From: Acidilobaceae archaeon
Lineage (GTDB): Archaea > Thermoproteota > Thermoprotei_A > Sulfolobales > Acidilobaceae
DNA length: 26,558 nucleotides
Direction: 5' to 3'
NCBI GenBank assembly: GCA_027044005.1
Contig: JALUDK010000329.1
Location: 1-26,558, forward strand
The notes under the pieces were generated by a model that was not told the origin of the DNA, made no database searches, and saw only the letters and a program-made list of their open reading frames with translations. The translations under genes were made by a program, and so were the position numbers. Positions within the stretch are counted from its first letter, which is position 1. The number at the start of each line of letters is the position of its first letter. Shown one piece after another: positions 8,424 to 16,501 of this stretch.

Positions 8424-11400
8424 GCCCTCACTATGTAGAGGGACTTGTAGGGGTACCTGTCCAGCCTTGATAGCGCCTGGACGGTCTGGGGCGTCTCTCT
8501 GGCAACCACTATTATATACCCGTCGTCGAGTAGCCTAGTAACCTCTGTCGAGTGGCCTAGTATCCTGCGGTATGCGGCTATGCTAGGCTCTACAGGCACG
8601 CCGCGTGAGGCTAGCTCTTGTTTGAGCCTGTATGCTATGTCCTGGTCTTTGACGGCTAGTGTAACCCCGTATCTGCCGAGGACCTTGACCGCCTCTATTG
8701 TGTCCTGGATTACCTCCTCTATGCACTTGTCGATGGTTGTGCATTCCCTCCTCTTACCGCTGATCCTAGCTGTCTCTTCCTTGCCAGGCTGGTAGGTGAA
8801 GTAGTTCCTTATCCATTCTTTTATAGCCCTGTCTGCCGCCTGGGGGCCTCCTACCGACTTGGCTGCTAGCGCCTTTTCTAGCATTTCCTTTAGGTTGTCT
8901 ATCGATTCTATCTCTCCTGTGCTTTTCTTTACTAGCTTGACGAAGTCTTCCTTTCCTGGTACTGTTATCTCCTTTGGCTTTCTTATTGGGAACTCTATTA
9001 TTGCAACCTGTGTCCTGGCTGGGTTGTACTCCCAGGTTGCCCCAGTGCAGGGGCCGCTTGCTGCGATGATGTTTCCTGCTTCTATCCTTATCTCTCTGGC
9101 CCCGTTTGTAGTGCATGCCTCTATGCGTAGCTTCTCTTTCCTCCATAGCCTGGTCCTTGGTATTCCTGTGTGTGAGATCACGGTGTGTTTGTCTAGCCTC
9201 CAGTACCACTGTGAGTAGTCGTCGAACGCGTCTAGGTCTTCTACAGTGTATGCGGCTAGCTCTGCTTGTGTGATCCAATAGTCTAGGAGGCCTAGTCCTC
9301 TGAGTATGTCTAGTATCTTTATTGCCGTGGGTCCTCCTGCTATTGCTCCTACTGGTAGTATAACCAGTTCCTTGCCCTTGTACTTAGTGTTATTGACTAG
9401 TCTGGCTAGCGTGTTGTAGGTTTGGACTACGGTGCTTGGCCTCACTCTGTCCATTAGAGCCAGTCTCTTCTTTTCCTCGAAGTCTACCGGGTTGTACATG
9501 GTGGTTATCCATGCTCTTCTCCCGTCTCTCCCCGCGCGTCCAGCCTCCTGGTAGTAGTCTTCTGGGCTGTCCGAGGGGTATGCGTGTACTATCCACCTGA
9601 TTACGGGTATGTCGACTCCCATCCCGAAGGCCTTGGTAGCTACCAGGATCATCGAGCCTCCGCTCTCAACGGTCTTCTTGATCTCGCTCTCAATCCTTCT
9701 CCTGGCCGAGTTGCTCATCTGGCCATGGTATACCTCTACCCTGGTGTCGACGGTTTTCCGGATTGCCTCTGCTATAGTATCCACGTTTGCCCACGGGTTC
9801 TTCTCGCTCTTCACGTAGCCGGTGAATATCACTCCTATCCATGGTCTGCCCTCGGCTTCTGCCCTTTCCACGAGTCCCCTTACTATTTCTGCTAGGTGCT
9901 CTAGCCTCTCGTCTCCCAGCCCTGTGGGCTCTACGTCGAATACCAGTTCCTCTCTGATCGGGTCTAGCTTTAGGATTACAGGCTTCCTGTATCCTATCCT
10001 CTCCATTTTATCCGGGTCGGCTTCATACTCCTCATACTCCTCGACGCCTAGGGATTCTAGTATGTCCTTCGCCACTGCATGGGGGGCTGTGGCTGTGAAG
10101 AGTGCTATGGGGGGCCACTTCTTCTCGAGGGTATACTCGTATATCCTCTTAGCCATGTACAGGTAGCTCGGCCTAAACGTGTTGCCCCAGCTTGAGAGCG
10201 TGTGAGCCTCGTCTAGTACTATAAGGGAAGGGGTCGAGTCCTCCATTAGCTCCTCCAACTCTGGGTCCTGGAACCTCTCGGGGGTGACATAGAGTAGGTC
10301 GATCAGGCCCTTCCTGGCTGCATCTATTACTATCCTTCTTTGAACCCTGCTCAGGGTCGAGTCTATCTTGTATGCTATAAGCCCCCTCTCTACAGCGTTA
10401 GACACCTGGTCGTTCATCAACGACTTTAGGGGGGACACGACCAGCGTGTAGCCCCCGTAGCCGCTCGTGGTCGCTACCCTGCCAGCAACCTGGTATATGG
10501 CGCTCTTCCCACTACCTGTCGGGTATATTGAGAGGACTAGACCATGCTTCATCTTGCTGTAAAGGCTTGCTAGCACGTTTAGCGTGGCCCTCTGGTGCCT
10601 CCTGAATTCTAGGCCCTCGCCCCATAGCTTCTTGAACTCTTTATCCATCTCCTCCATTATTACTCTTTTGTCTACTACGTGTACCGTATTATCCCTCTTC
10701 TTATTGATTTTTACCATCTCCACGTTATCCATGAATCTTGCAGTCCTCGAGACTGTTATTCCACCTAGCTTGGATATCATCTCTACTATACTATCTTCCA
10801 ATATCTGTAACGCATCTATTCCATTATCCTTAACTATATGGGACACAGTGTCTGATCTTATCGTTGCTTCGGGGTACATACTGACTACGGATCCCATAGA
10901 TGAGTATAGTATGTCTGGCCTAACCTTCACCAAGTCCCATGTAGCCACTGCTACCTCTCCAGAATCGATCCACTCATCCACGCTATCCTCGTCTAGGATA
11001 CGCAGGCCTATGCTCTTACCCATCTCTATACCGATCCTGTTAGGAACTACTACAAGGCCGTGGCCTCCTAGGAACATTGCTGAGGCCCTTATATCTGCTA
11101 AGGGATTCGCTGCACCGTTACCCGCTATTATTGCCTTTATCTTACCGTCATCCCTACTCGATGTAACCCCCGTGATCGATGATACCGACTCGGGAACCAC
11201 GTAACGCGCTGTGGCCCTTATCTTCCTTCCATTTACCCTCTTGGGCCTGGGTATGTGTATCCCGTCATTAACTAGGCTCTTCTCGTATACGTTGAACTTG
11301 TTGTACCTAAGGCACTCTATTGTTGGCTTTATACAGTCTACTATAACCTCTCTCTCGTCCAGTATAGACGGGTATAGGGTTTGTAGCCATCCAAGATCTT

Positions 11401-12415
11401 GGGGTTCTACTTGTATGCATGGGGGTAGGGGCTCTGGCTCCTTCCTGATTGTCAGTGTCTTTGCTATCAGCGATGCGAGCTTAGTTTCCCCGTAGGACTT
11501 ACTATAATAGTAGGCCCTAGCTGGGTCTCCTGACCTTGCCTCTAGCATTCTTAGTGCTAGTAAGGCCTCATCCATCCTAGCCCCTATAACCTCTTCTATG
11601 CTTATCTTGTACGGCTTTAGTATTGGCATGCCTGCTCTGGGCCTGTCTGTTATGATCACACACCTCTTTGGCACAATTCGTGATATGCCACGAAACACCT
11701 CTAGGCCCCTGTATTCCGGCGGCGTACCCTCAAGTAGCCACACCTTGTCGCCGATCTCTAGGAAGAAGGAGGCCAGCCTCCTGATCACCTTGGTGGGCGA
11801 GGAGGGGTCCTCCTGAAGGTGGTATGCCACGCTAGATATGCTAGCAGGAATGTCTGGCGCCACGATCCTGGCTATCCTTTTCCCATCAAAACCTCTGGCC
11901 CGGCAACCCCACTTTACAACTACGGAGCCCCAAGCCTCTGGGGGGAGAACCCCCTCTACACCCGTGTTTATGAGTATCCTTGACACAGCATCCCTGGGAA
12001 GGTTCTTAGAGTCTATTATGAATCCATCCCAGTCTATGATCCTCCTGTACCTGCTACAGTATAGTACAATAGACTGGGGCTCCGGTAGCCTTAGGCCTAC
12101 CATGCTAGCAGCCTTCCATGCCTTATCCCACGCCCCCTCCAGGGCTAGGAACCGGAAGGCGTCCATGACCACCGGCGAGTCTAGGTGGCACCCGGACGAT
12201 GCAAGTGATAGGATGGGCTCGTAGAGGCCCCTGCGTGCTAGCCCCTCCACCACTTCCCGGCTCGGGCAGAGCCTCTTCGAGGCCAGCACGCCGCTGGCCG
12301 TGACCGCGGTCTCCATGCTATGGTCTACTGCCTCCTTTATGGCTTCCATCGTCGGCCTTAGCTTTAGTTTGAGCTTGAGTCTCAGTGTTGTCGCCGCTCT
12401 TAGTATCCGCTGCAT
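8420..12415 (-). CDS. recQ: RecQ-family ATP-dependent DNA helicase with ~600-aa N-terminal and ~350-aa C-terminal extensions
   Basis: FRRHQ (motif 0), PTGSGKS (10522-10502), LVVSPLKSLMNDQV, LLYVTPERF, DEAH (10213-10202) plus SWGNTFRPSY aromatic loop, TATA, YHG, VATKAFGMGVD, YYQEAGRAGRDG (to 9521). The start is uncertain, but a TATA-like GTTAATA lies about 30 nt upstream of ATG 12415. Confidence 0.92.
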   Translation of the reverse strand: MQRILRAATTLRLKLKLKLRPTMEAIKEAVDHSMETAVTASGVLASKRLCPSREVVEGLARRGLYEPILSLASSGCHLDSPVVMDAFRFLALEGAWDKAWKAASMVGLRLPEPQSIVLYCSRYRRIIDWDGFIIDSKNLPRDAVSRILINTGVEGVLPPEAWGSVVVKWGCRARGFDGKRIARIVAPDIPASISSVAYHLQEDPSSPTKVIRRLASFFLEIGDKVWLLEGTPPEYRGLEVFRGISRIVPKRCVIITDRPRAGMPILKPYKISIEEVIGARMDEALLALRMLEARSGDPARAYYYSKSYGETKLASLIAKTLTIRKEPEPLPPCIQVEPQDLGWLQTLYPSILDEREVIVDCIKPTIECLRYNKFNVYEKSLVNDGIHIPRPKRVNGRKIRATARYVVPESVSSITGVTSSRDDGKIKAIIAGNGAANPLADIRASAMFLGGHGLVVVPNRIGIEMGKSIGLRILDEDSVDEWIDSGEVAVATWDLVKVRPDILYSSMGSVVSMYPEATIRSDTVSHIVKDNGIDALQILEDSIVEMISKLGGITVSRTARFMDNVEMVKINKKRDNTVHVVDKRVIMEEMDKEFKKLWGEGLEFRRHQRATLNVLASLYSKMKHGLVLSIYPTGSGKSAIYQVAGRVATTSGYGGYTLVVSPLKSLMNDQVSNAVERGLIAYKIDSTLSRVQRRIVIDAARKGLIDLLYVTPERFQDPELEELMEDSTPSLIVLDEAHTLSSWGNTFRPSYLYMAKRIYEYTLEKKWPPIALFTATAPHAVAKDILESLGVEEYEEYEADPDKMERIGYRKPVILKLDPIREELVFDVEPTGLGDERLEHLAEIVRGLVERAEAEGRPWIGVIFTGYVKSEKNPWANVDTIAEAIRKTVDTRVEVYHGQMSNSARRRIESEIKKTVESGGSMILVATKAFGMGVDIPVIRWIVHAYPSDSPEDYYQEAGRAGRDGRRAWITTMYNPVDFEEKKRLALMDRVRPSTVVQTYNTLARLVNNTKYKGKELVILPVGAIAGGPTAIKILDILRGLGLLDYWITQAELAAYTVEDLDAFDDYSQWYWRLDKHTVISHTGIPRTRLWRKEKLRIEACTTNGAREIRIEAGNIIAASGPCTGATWEYNPARTQVAIIEFPIRKPKEITVPGKEDFVKLVKKSTGEIESIDNLKEMLEKALAAKSVGGPQAADRAIKEWIRNYFTYQPGKEETARISGKRRECTTIDKCIEEVIQDTIEAVKVLGRYGVTLAVKDQDIAYRLKQELASRGVPVEPSIAAYRRILGHSTEVTRLLDDGYIIVVARETPQTVQALSRLDRYPYKSLYIVRA

Positions 12416-12470
12416 GAATTTGGATCCCCCGTATTACCCCGGTATAGTATTAACTATGCCTCTGCCAGGC

Positions 12471-12477
12471 TTTATCT
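12471..12477 (+). promoter_or_regulatory. TATA-like element upstream of C/D sRNA
   Basis: TTTATCT about 28 nt upstream of the 5' end of the predicted sRNA. Confidence 0.4.
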
Positions 12478-12498
12478 GGGGTGAACCCCCCCAGGCCA

Positions 12499-12564
12499 TG
12501 TGGGGATGAGGATAATTCCATGGTCCGACGTCATGGTGGGGACTCCGGCAGGATCTGACCCATA
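12499..12564 (+). ncRNA. Box C/D guide sRNA (predicted 16S rRNA 5'-end target)
   Basis: Terminal stem UGUGGG/CCCAUA, C box AUGAGGA (12506-12512), 12-nt guide, D' CCGA (12525-12528), C' AUGGUGG, D box CUGA (12555-12558). The D guide UCCGGCAGGAU(C) is the exact complement of the conserved archaeal 16S 5' sequence GAUCCUGCCGGA. Confidence 0.85.
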
Positions 12565-12582
12565 GCCCTTGGGGTGGGCGTA

Positions 12583-13047
12583 TTGAGGCTTGGCACGCAT
12601 ATAGTATTCGCTATTGGCGTTGCCACCCTTTCAGCGTCCTATGGCGGGGCTAGCCTGTTGAACGTGCTCATACTATGGGGGCTAGTCGCCATGCAGCAGG
12701 TGTTGATCGATAAGCTTTCCCACGAGTTTAGGGGTAGGTACCGTACCCCTCTCTTTCACAGCTTTACCGGGGCTAGCATCCTGTCCCTAGCCCTGGCTTC
12801 GGTGCCACCCGCTCTATCACCTATGGACTATGGGAGGGGCCAGGTACTGGTCTTCATAACCTCTCTTCTCCTATCTGGGTGGAGCCACTTGTTCCTCGAC
12901 TCGCTCAACCCTGGTGGAGTGTACGTGCTGGGTAAGAGGGTCAGGCTGGCTAGGATTAGATATGACGATCCTGTGGCAAACGTCTTCTTCCAGGTACTTG
13001 GACTCCTAATGGTTGCTTATAGCATATCGCTTCACCTTGGAGCCTAG
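12583..13047 (+). CDS. DUF1286-like membrane protein (YdjM-like putative metal-dependent hydrolase)
   Basis: THIVF, LIDKLSHE, RTPLFHS, SHLFLDSLNPGGVY and RYDDPVAN with hydrophobic helices match the crenarchaeal DUF1286 pattern. TTG 12583 follows GGGGTGGG; alternative GTG at 12574. Confidence 0.75.
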   Translation: MRLGTHIVFAIGVATLSASYGGASLLNVLILWGLVAMQQVLIDKLSHEFRGRYRTPLFHSFTGASILSLALASVPPALSPMDYGRGQVLVFITSLLLSGWSHLFLDSLNPGGVYVLGKRVRLARIRYDDPVANVFFQVLGLLMVAYSISLHLGA

Positions 13048-13070
13048 GGCAGGCGGGTGGTGGCTCTACG

Positions 13071-13778
13071 TTGAAGTACCAGGAGGAGATCGTTAGCGAC
13101 GCAACTATCTACGCCGCCGCTGTGTTCAAGCTAATAGAGTACATAGAAACCACCGTTGCCGAGTATTATGATATAGATGAGGTTACAGTTGATGATGGTG
13201 ATCTTGACCCCGATAATATGGCTAGGGGCGGGGTTGCCACCATCAGGCTATACAACGTCCCCGAGGAGCTAACCAGGGAGATAGAGATTGGGGACACCGG
13301 TTTAACTATAAGGGTAGAAGCTAGGGGGCCAGCATATGGTGGTGTGAGCTATAGAACCCTCTTCTCAATATTCCCCCGAACACTACTGAGGCTGGATAGG
13401 CATAGGATTAGGGAACTCTCCTTACAGACCTCGAGAAGCGGGATCGAATACATTATACTCTACACGGATAGGGGTATCGGTCTAATCCTGGAGGGCGAGT
13501 ATTTGAGAGTAAGCATACCGTTCGTCAAGGTAGCCGCATCCATCCACACGCACCCCGAGGGCTCCTGCGGCCTCTCTAGGCATGACATACAGTCTGGCCT
13601 GGATCTACTCGTTGAGGGAGGCATCATGGAGGCGGCGGCCACCCCATCTTGCGCCTTTGTGATGAGGAGGGAAGGCGCTGTATCTGAGGATGACTATGTT
13701 AATGTGAAGCTCATGCGCGGCCCCATATTCAAGGACAACAGGCTAGGATCTATCGTATTCGAGAGGGTATACTACTAG
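13071..13778 (+). CDS. JAB/MPN+ (JAMM) motif-containing protein
   Basis: HTHPEGSCGLSRHD fits H-x-H-x7-S-x2-D exactly, with an upstream candidate catalytic Glu in GIEYIILY. About 120 aa of uncharacterised acidic N-terminus. Confidence 0.72.
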   Translation: MKYQEEIVSDATIYAAAVFKLIEYIETTVAEYYDIDEVTVDDGDLDPDNMARGGVATIRLYNVPEELTREIEIGDTGLTIRVEARGPAYGGVSYRTLFSIFPRTLLRLDRHRIRELSLQTSRSGIEYIILYTDRGIGLILEGEYLRVSIPFVKVAASIHTHPEGSCGLSRHDIQSGLDLLVEGGIMEAAATPSCAFVMRREGAVSEDDYVNVKLMRGPIFKDNRLGSIVFERVYY

Positions 13779-13804
13779 TCTAAAATTATACCCCGACCGC
13801 CTAG

Positions 13805-14950
13805 ATGCCTATAGGAGGGGTGCGTGTAAGGGTGCAGAAGATCCCCTTAGAGGACCTTCACAAGGAGCTCGGTGCTTCCTTTGGAGAGTTCGCTGGCTGG
13901 AGGGTCCCGATGTCGTATGAGGGAACCCTGGCGGAGCATATGGCTGTTAGGAGGAGTGTAGGCGTCTTTGATATAAGCCATATGGGCAGGCTTGTCCTCA
14001 GAGGGGATGTGCTCGAGCTTATAGAGAGGGTGTATACCAAGAAGATGGGGAAAACCAGGGTAGGCTTTATGAGTGGCCCCACGCTTGCCCTGAATGCCTA
14101 TGCTAGAGTAAAAGATGATGAGATGTACTATAGGGTCTCCGATGACGAGTGGCTTGTAGTCCCCAACGCTGCGGTTAGGGTTGAAATGTATAACCACCTG
14201 CGCAGGATTGCGTCCGAGCTCGGAGTAAATGTCGAGATAAGGGACGTCACGATGGAGTACGCGATGCTGGCTATACAGGGTCCCGAGAGCCCCAATATCA
14301 TGGAGAAACTAGCATCTTGGGCGCCCGATCTGAGACCCCTAGAATTTAGGGTGAATGAGGAGCTCGGCGGCATACCTGTGTATGTGATTAGCCGTAGTGG
14401 GTGGACCGGCGAGGACGGCTTCGAGGTATGGGCTAGGCCTAGCAGCGCGGCCAAGCTATTGAGGAGACTCATCGAGATGGGGGTCAAACCTGTTGGCATA
14501 GCGGCTAGGGATACGCTGAGGATCGAGGCTGGGTTCGTCCTTGGAGGGCACGAGTATGGGGAGGACCCGCTTGTGTATCCCTGCGCACTGGGGCTTAGGT
14601 ATGGCTTGGGTGCTATAGACTGGGGTAAGACTGGATACATAGGATGGGAGGCCCTTAGGGCTTGCAGGAGGGAGGGTGCTAGGTGGGTGAGGGTCGGCCT
14701 TGTTATGAAGAAGGATCATGCCAGGGTTATCCCAAGGCAGGGGTATAGGATCTTCGTGGACGACGTCGAGGTAGGATGGGTGACTAGTGGAACGTTTAGC
14801 CCCGTGATACGTAGGGGCGTGGGCCAGGCATACATAGATCCTAGGTATGATATTGATGGTATGCAGATCGAGGTAGACGCTAGGGGCAGGAGGGCGGCTG
14901 CCAAGATCCAGGGGTTCCCCCTAGTACCGATCGGGACCGGTAAAAAATAG
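13805..14950 (+). CDS. gcvT: Glycine cleavage system aminomethyltransferase T
   Basis: FAGWRVPMSY, VGVFDISHMGRL, LAIQGP, SRSGWTGEDGFE, AARDTLRIEAG, VTSGTFSP. Confidence 0.93.
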   Translation: MPIGGVRVRVQKIPLEDLHKELGASFGEFAGWRVPMSYEGTLAEHMAVRRSVGVFDISHMGRLVLRGDVLELIERVYTKKMGKTRVGFMSGPTLALNAYARVKDDEMYYRVSDDEWLVVPNAAVRVEMYNHLRRIASELGVNVEIRDVTMEYAMLAIQGPESPNIMEKLASWAPDLRPLEFRVNEELGGIPVYVISRSGWTGEDGFEVWARPSSAAKLLRRLIEMGVKPVGIAARDTLRIEAGFVLGGHEYGEDPLVYPCALGLRYGLGAIDWGKTGYIGWEALRACRREGARWVRVGLVMKKDHARVIPRQGYRIFVDDVEVGWVTSGTFSPVIRRGVGQAYIDPRYDIDGMQIEVDARGRRAAAKIQGFPLVPIGTGKK

Positions 14951-14992
14951 GAGTAATAGGGTCCAAGAGTGGGCTCTGGGCCAGGGCTAGGG

Positions 14993-16501
14993 CTAGATTA
15001 GCCCTAGCCTAGCTGCTACTGCTATTACTAGGAAGAAGGCGTAGAATACTACTGCTCCGGCTAGGAGCACTATGAATATCGGATGTGGCTTAATGGCCTC
15101 GTATATTGGCTGTGGTAGCTGCTTTAGTATCTTTGTGTTTAAGTATAGTAGTAGTAGTGGCGATAGAACCATGACTATTAGGCTCATTACCGCCCCGAAG
15201 ACTACTAGGCTACCATAGTTTACGCCTGCGACTACGGCCAGCGCGACTAGTATAAACTCTACAATTATTATGCCTCCCCACCAGTAGGCGTACCACTTCC
15301 TTATATCCTGGCTTACAAACCTCCTGACGCCCTCATACGTCACGTATAGGGTGTCTGCCGCCTGCCTTACTAGTCCCTCCATCAGTGCTACCTGGGTGTT
15401 GAAGAGTATTAGCCATACTGCTAGCAGGTATAGTTTTCCTCCCATTGCCCCTAGGGGGGTGTACTGCTCTATTGCATCTGCCGTTAGCTGTAGAATCTGT
15501 CCTCTTATCTCGCCTAGCGACATGTCGGGGGTGATTCCGGTCTTGTATAGGATCGTGTAGCTTATCATCACGAACATTAGTACCGTGATAAGGTTTCCTA
15601 GGAAGAAGACGAGCCATAGTACCGTGTTTACGTTATTCTTCCACTGCCGTATCCTCCTTGCATTCTCCTCGGTACCCTCTGGGATGGCCCCGTATATGTC
15701 TATGGCTGTTGGCTTCCCTGTTATTCCTGGTATGGTACCCACGTACTTGCCCATACCGAAACCCGCGTCTCTCAGCCAGAAGGTGTACCAAACGTTGGCA
15801 AGCCCGCCTGCGCCCACGAAGGCGATTGACGCGGCGAAGGTCCACCAGTCTAGGTCCTGGGGCCTGTCTCCGAAGCCTGTCAGCATCTGCTTTAGCATGG
15901 CTCCCCAGTCTGACAGGCTCGTTGCCGTTACTACTGTTGCTACTATTATTATCCATGCTAGTATTAGAGTGCCTGTCTCTATGATCTCTAGGGCCTTACG
16001 TGCTACCGGAGATAATAGCACTGCTGCTAGTACTATAATAGCCCATATATAGGTCCAGAATAGAAGCCCCATCTTGCCCTCGGGCCAGCCTCCTATCAGC
16101 TTTTGGAAGGCGGATGCGCCTCCTATCATCCATCCTGGCCATATGAATGCTATGTAGCCTAGGAATAGGAAGAGCCAGGTCGATGCTACCATGCCTATGA
16201 TCCTGCCTACTCCCTGTATATGGTGCTCTCCGCTTACTATGGTCCACCTGCTCATCTCCTGGGTCCATATAGTCTGGAATAGTAGGCCGATGAATGCGCC
16301 CCATATCAGGACGAATCCATACTTAGCTGATATTGAGGGCCATATTATGGTCTCTCCGCTTCCTAGTGCTAGCCCCAGCTCTATTATCGCTGGGCCTCCT
16401 AGTAGTAGTATTGATTTTGGTATCGGCACCTCCTTTACTTTTCTTATAGGATACTTACCTATGATCACCTTCTCCTCGTTGGGGGTGGGCTCTGTTCCCA
16501 C
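14993..16501 (-). CDS. Nramp/MntH-related (APC superfamily) membrane transporter
   Basis: GGPAIIELGLALGSGETIIWP and KYGFVLIW N-terminal motif, with about 11-12 hydrophobic segments. Substrate uncertain. Confidence 0.75.
   Translation of the reverse strand: MGTEPTPNEEKVIIGKYPIRKVKEVPIPKSILLLGGPAIIELGLALGSGETIIWPSISAKYGFVLIWGAFIGLLFQTIWTQEMSRWTIVSGEHHIQGVGRIIGMVASTWLFLFLGYIAFIWPGWMIGGASAFQKLIGGWPEGKMGLLFWTYIWAIIVLAAVLLSPVARKALEIIETGTLILAWIIIVATVVTATSLSDWGAMLKQMLTGFGDRPQDLDWWTFAASIAFVGAGGLANVWYTFWLRDAGFGMGKYVGTIPGITGKPTAIDIYGAIPEGTEENARRIRQWKNNVNTVLWLVFFLGNLITVLMFVMISYTILYKTGITPDMSLGEIRGQILQLTADAIEQYTPLGAMGGKLYLLAVWLILFNTQVALMEGLVRQAADTLYVTYEGVRRFVSQDIRKWYAYWWGGIIIVEFILVALAVVAGVNYGSLVVFGAVMSLIVMVLSPLLLLYLNTKILKQLPQPIYEAIKPHPIFIVLLAGAVVFYAFFLVIAVAARLGLI

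Noticed and set aside
12356-12385. 6-nt periodic tract encoding LRLKLKLKLR at the RecQ N-terminus
   Set aside because: Short and imperfect at the DNA level. It may be low-complexity sequence or lie upstream of the true start, so it is not a supportable repeat element.
13659-13710. GTGATGA ... CTGA ... ATGACTA ... GTGA C/D-like boxes
   Set aside because: Fully inside the JAMM CDS, with irregular guide lengths (18 and 7 nt), no terminal stem and no recognised target.
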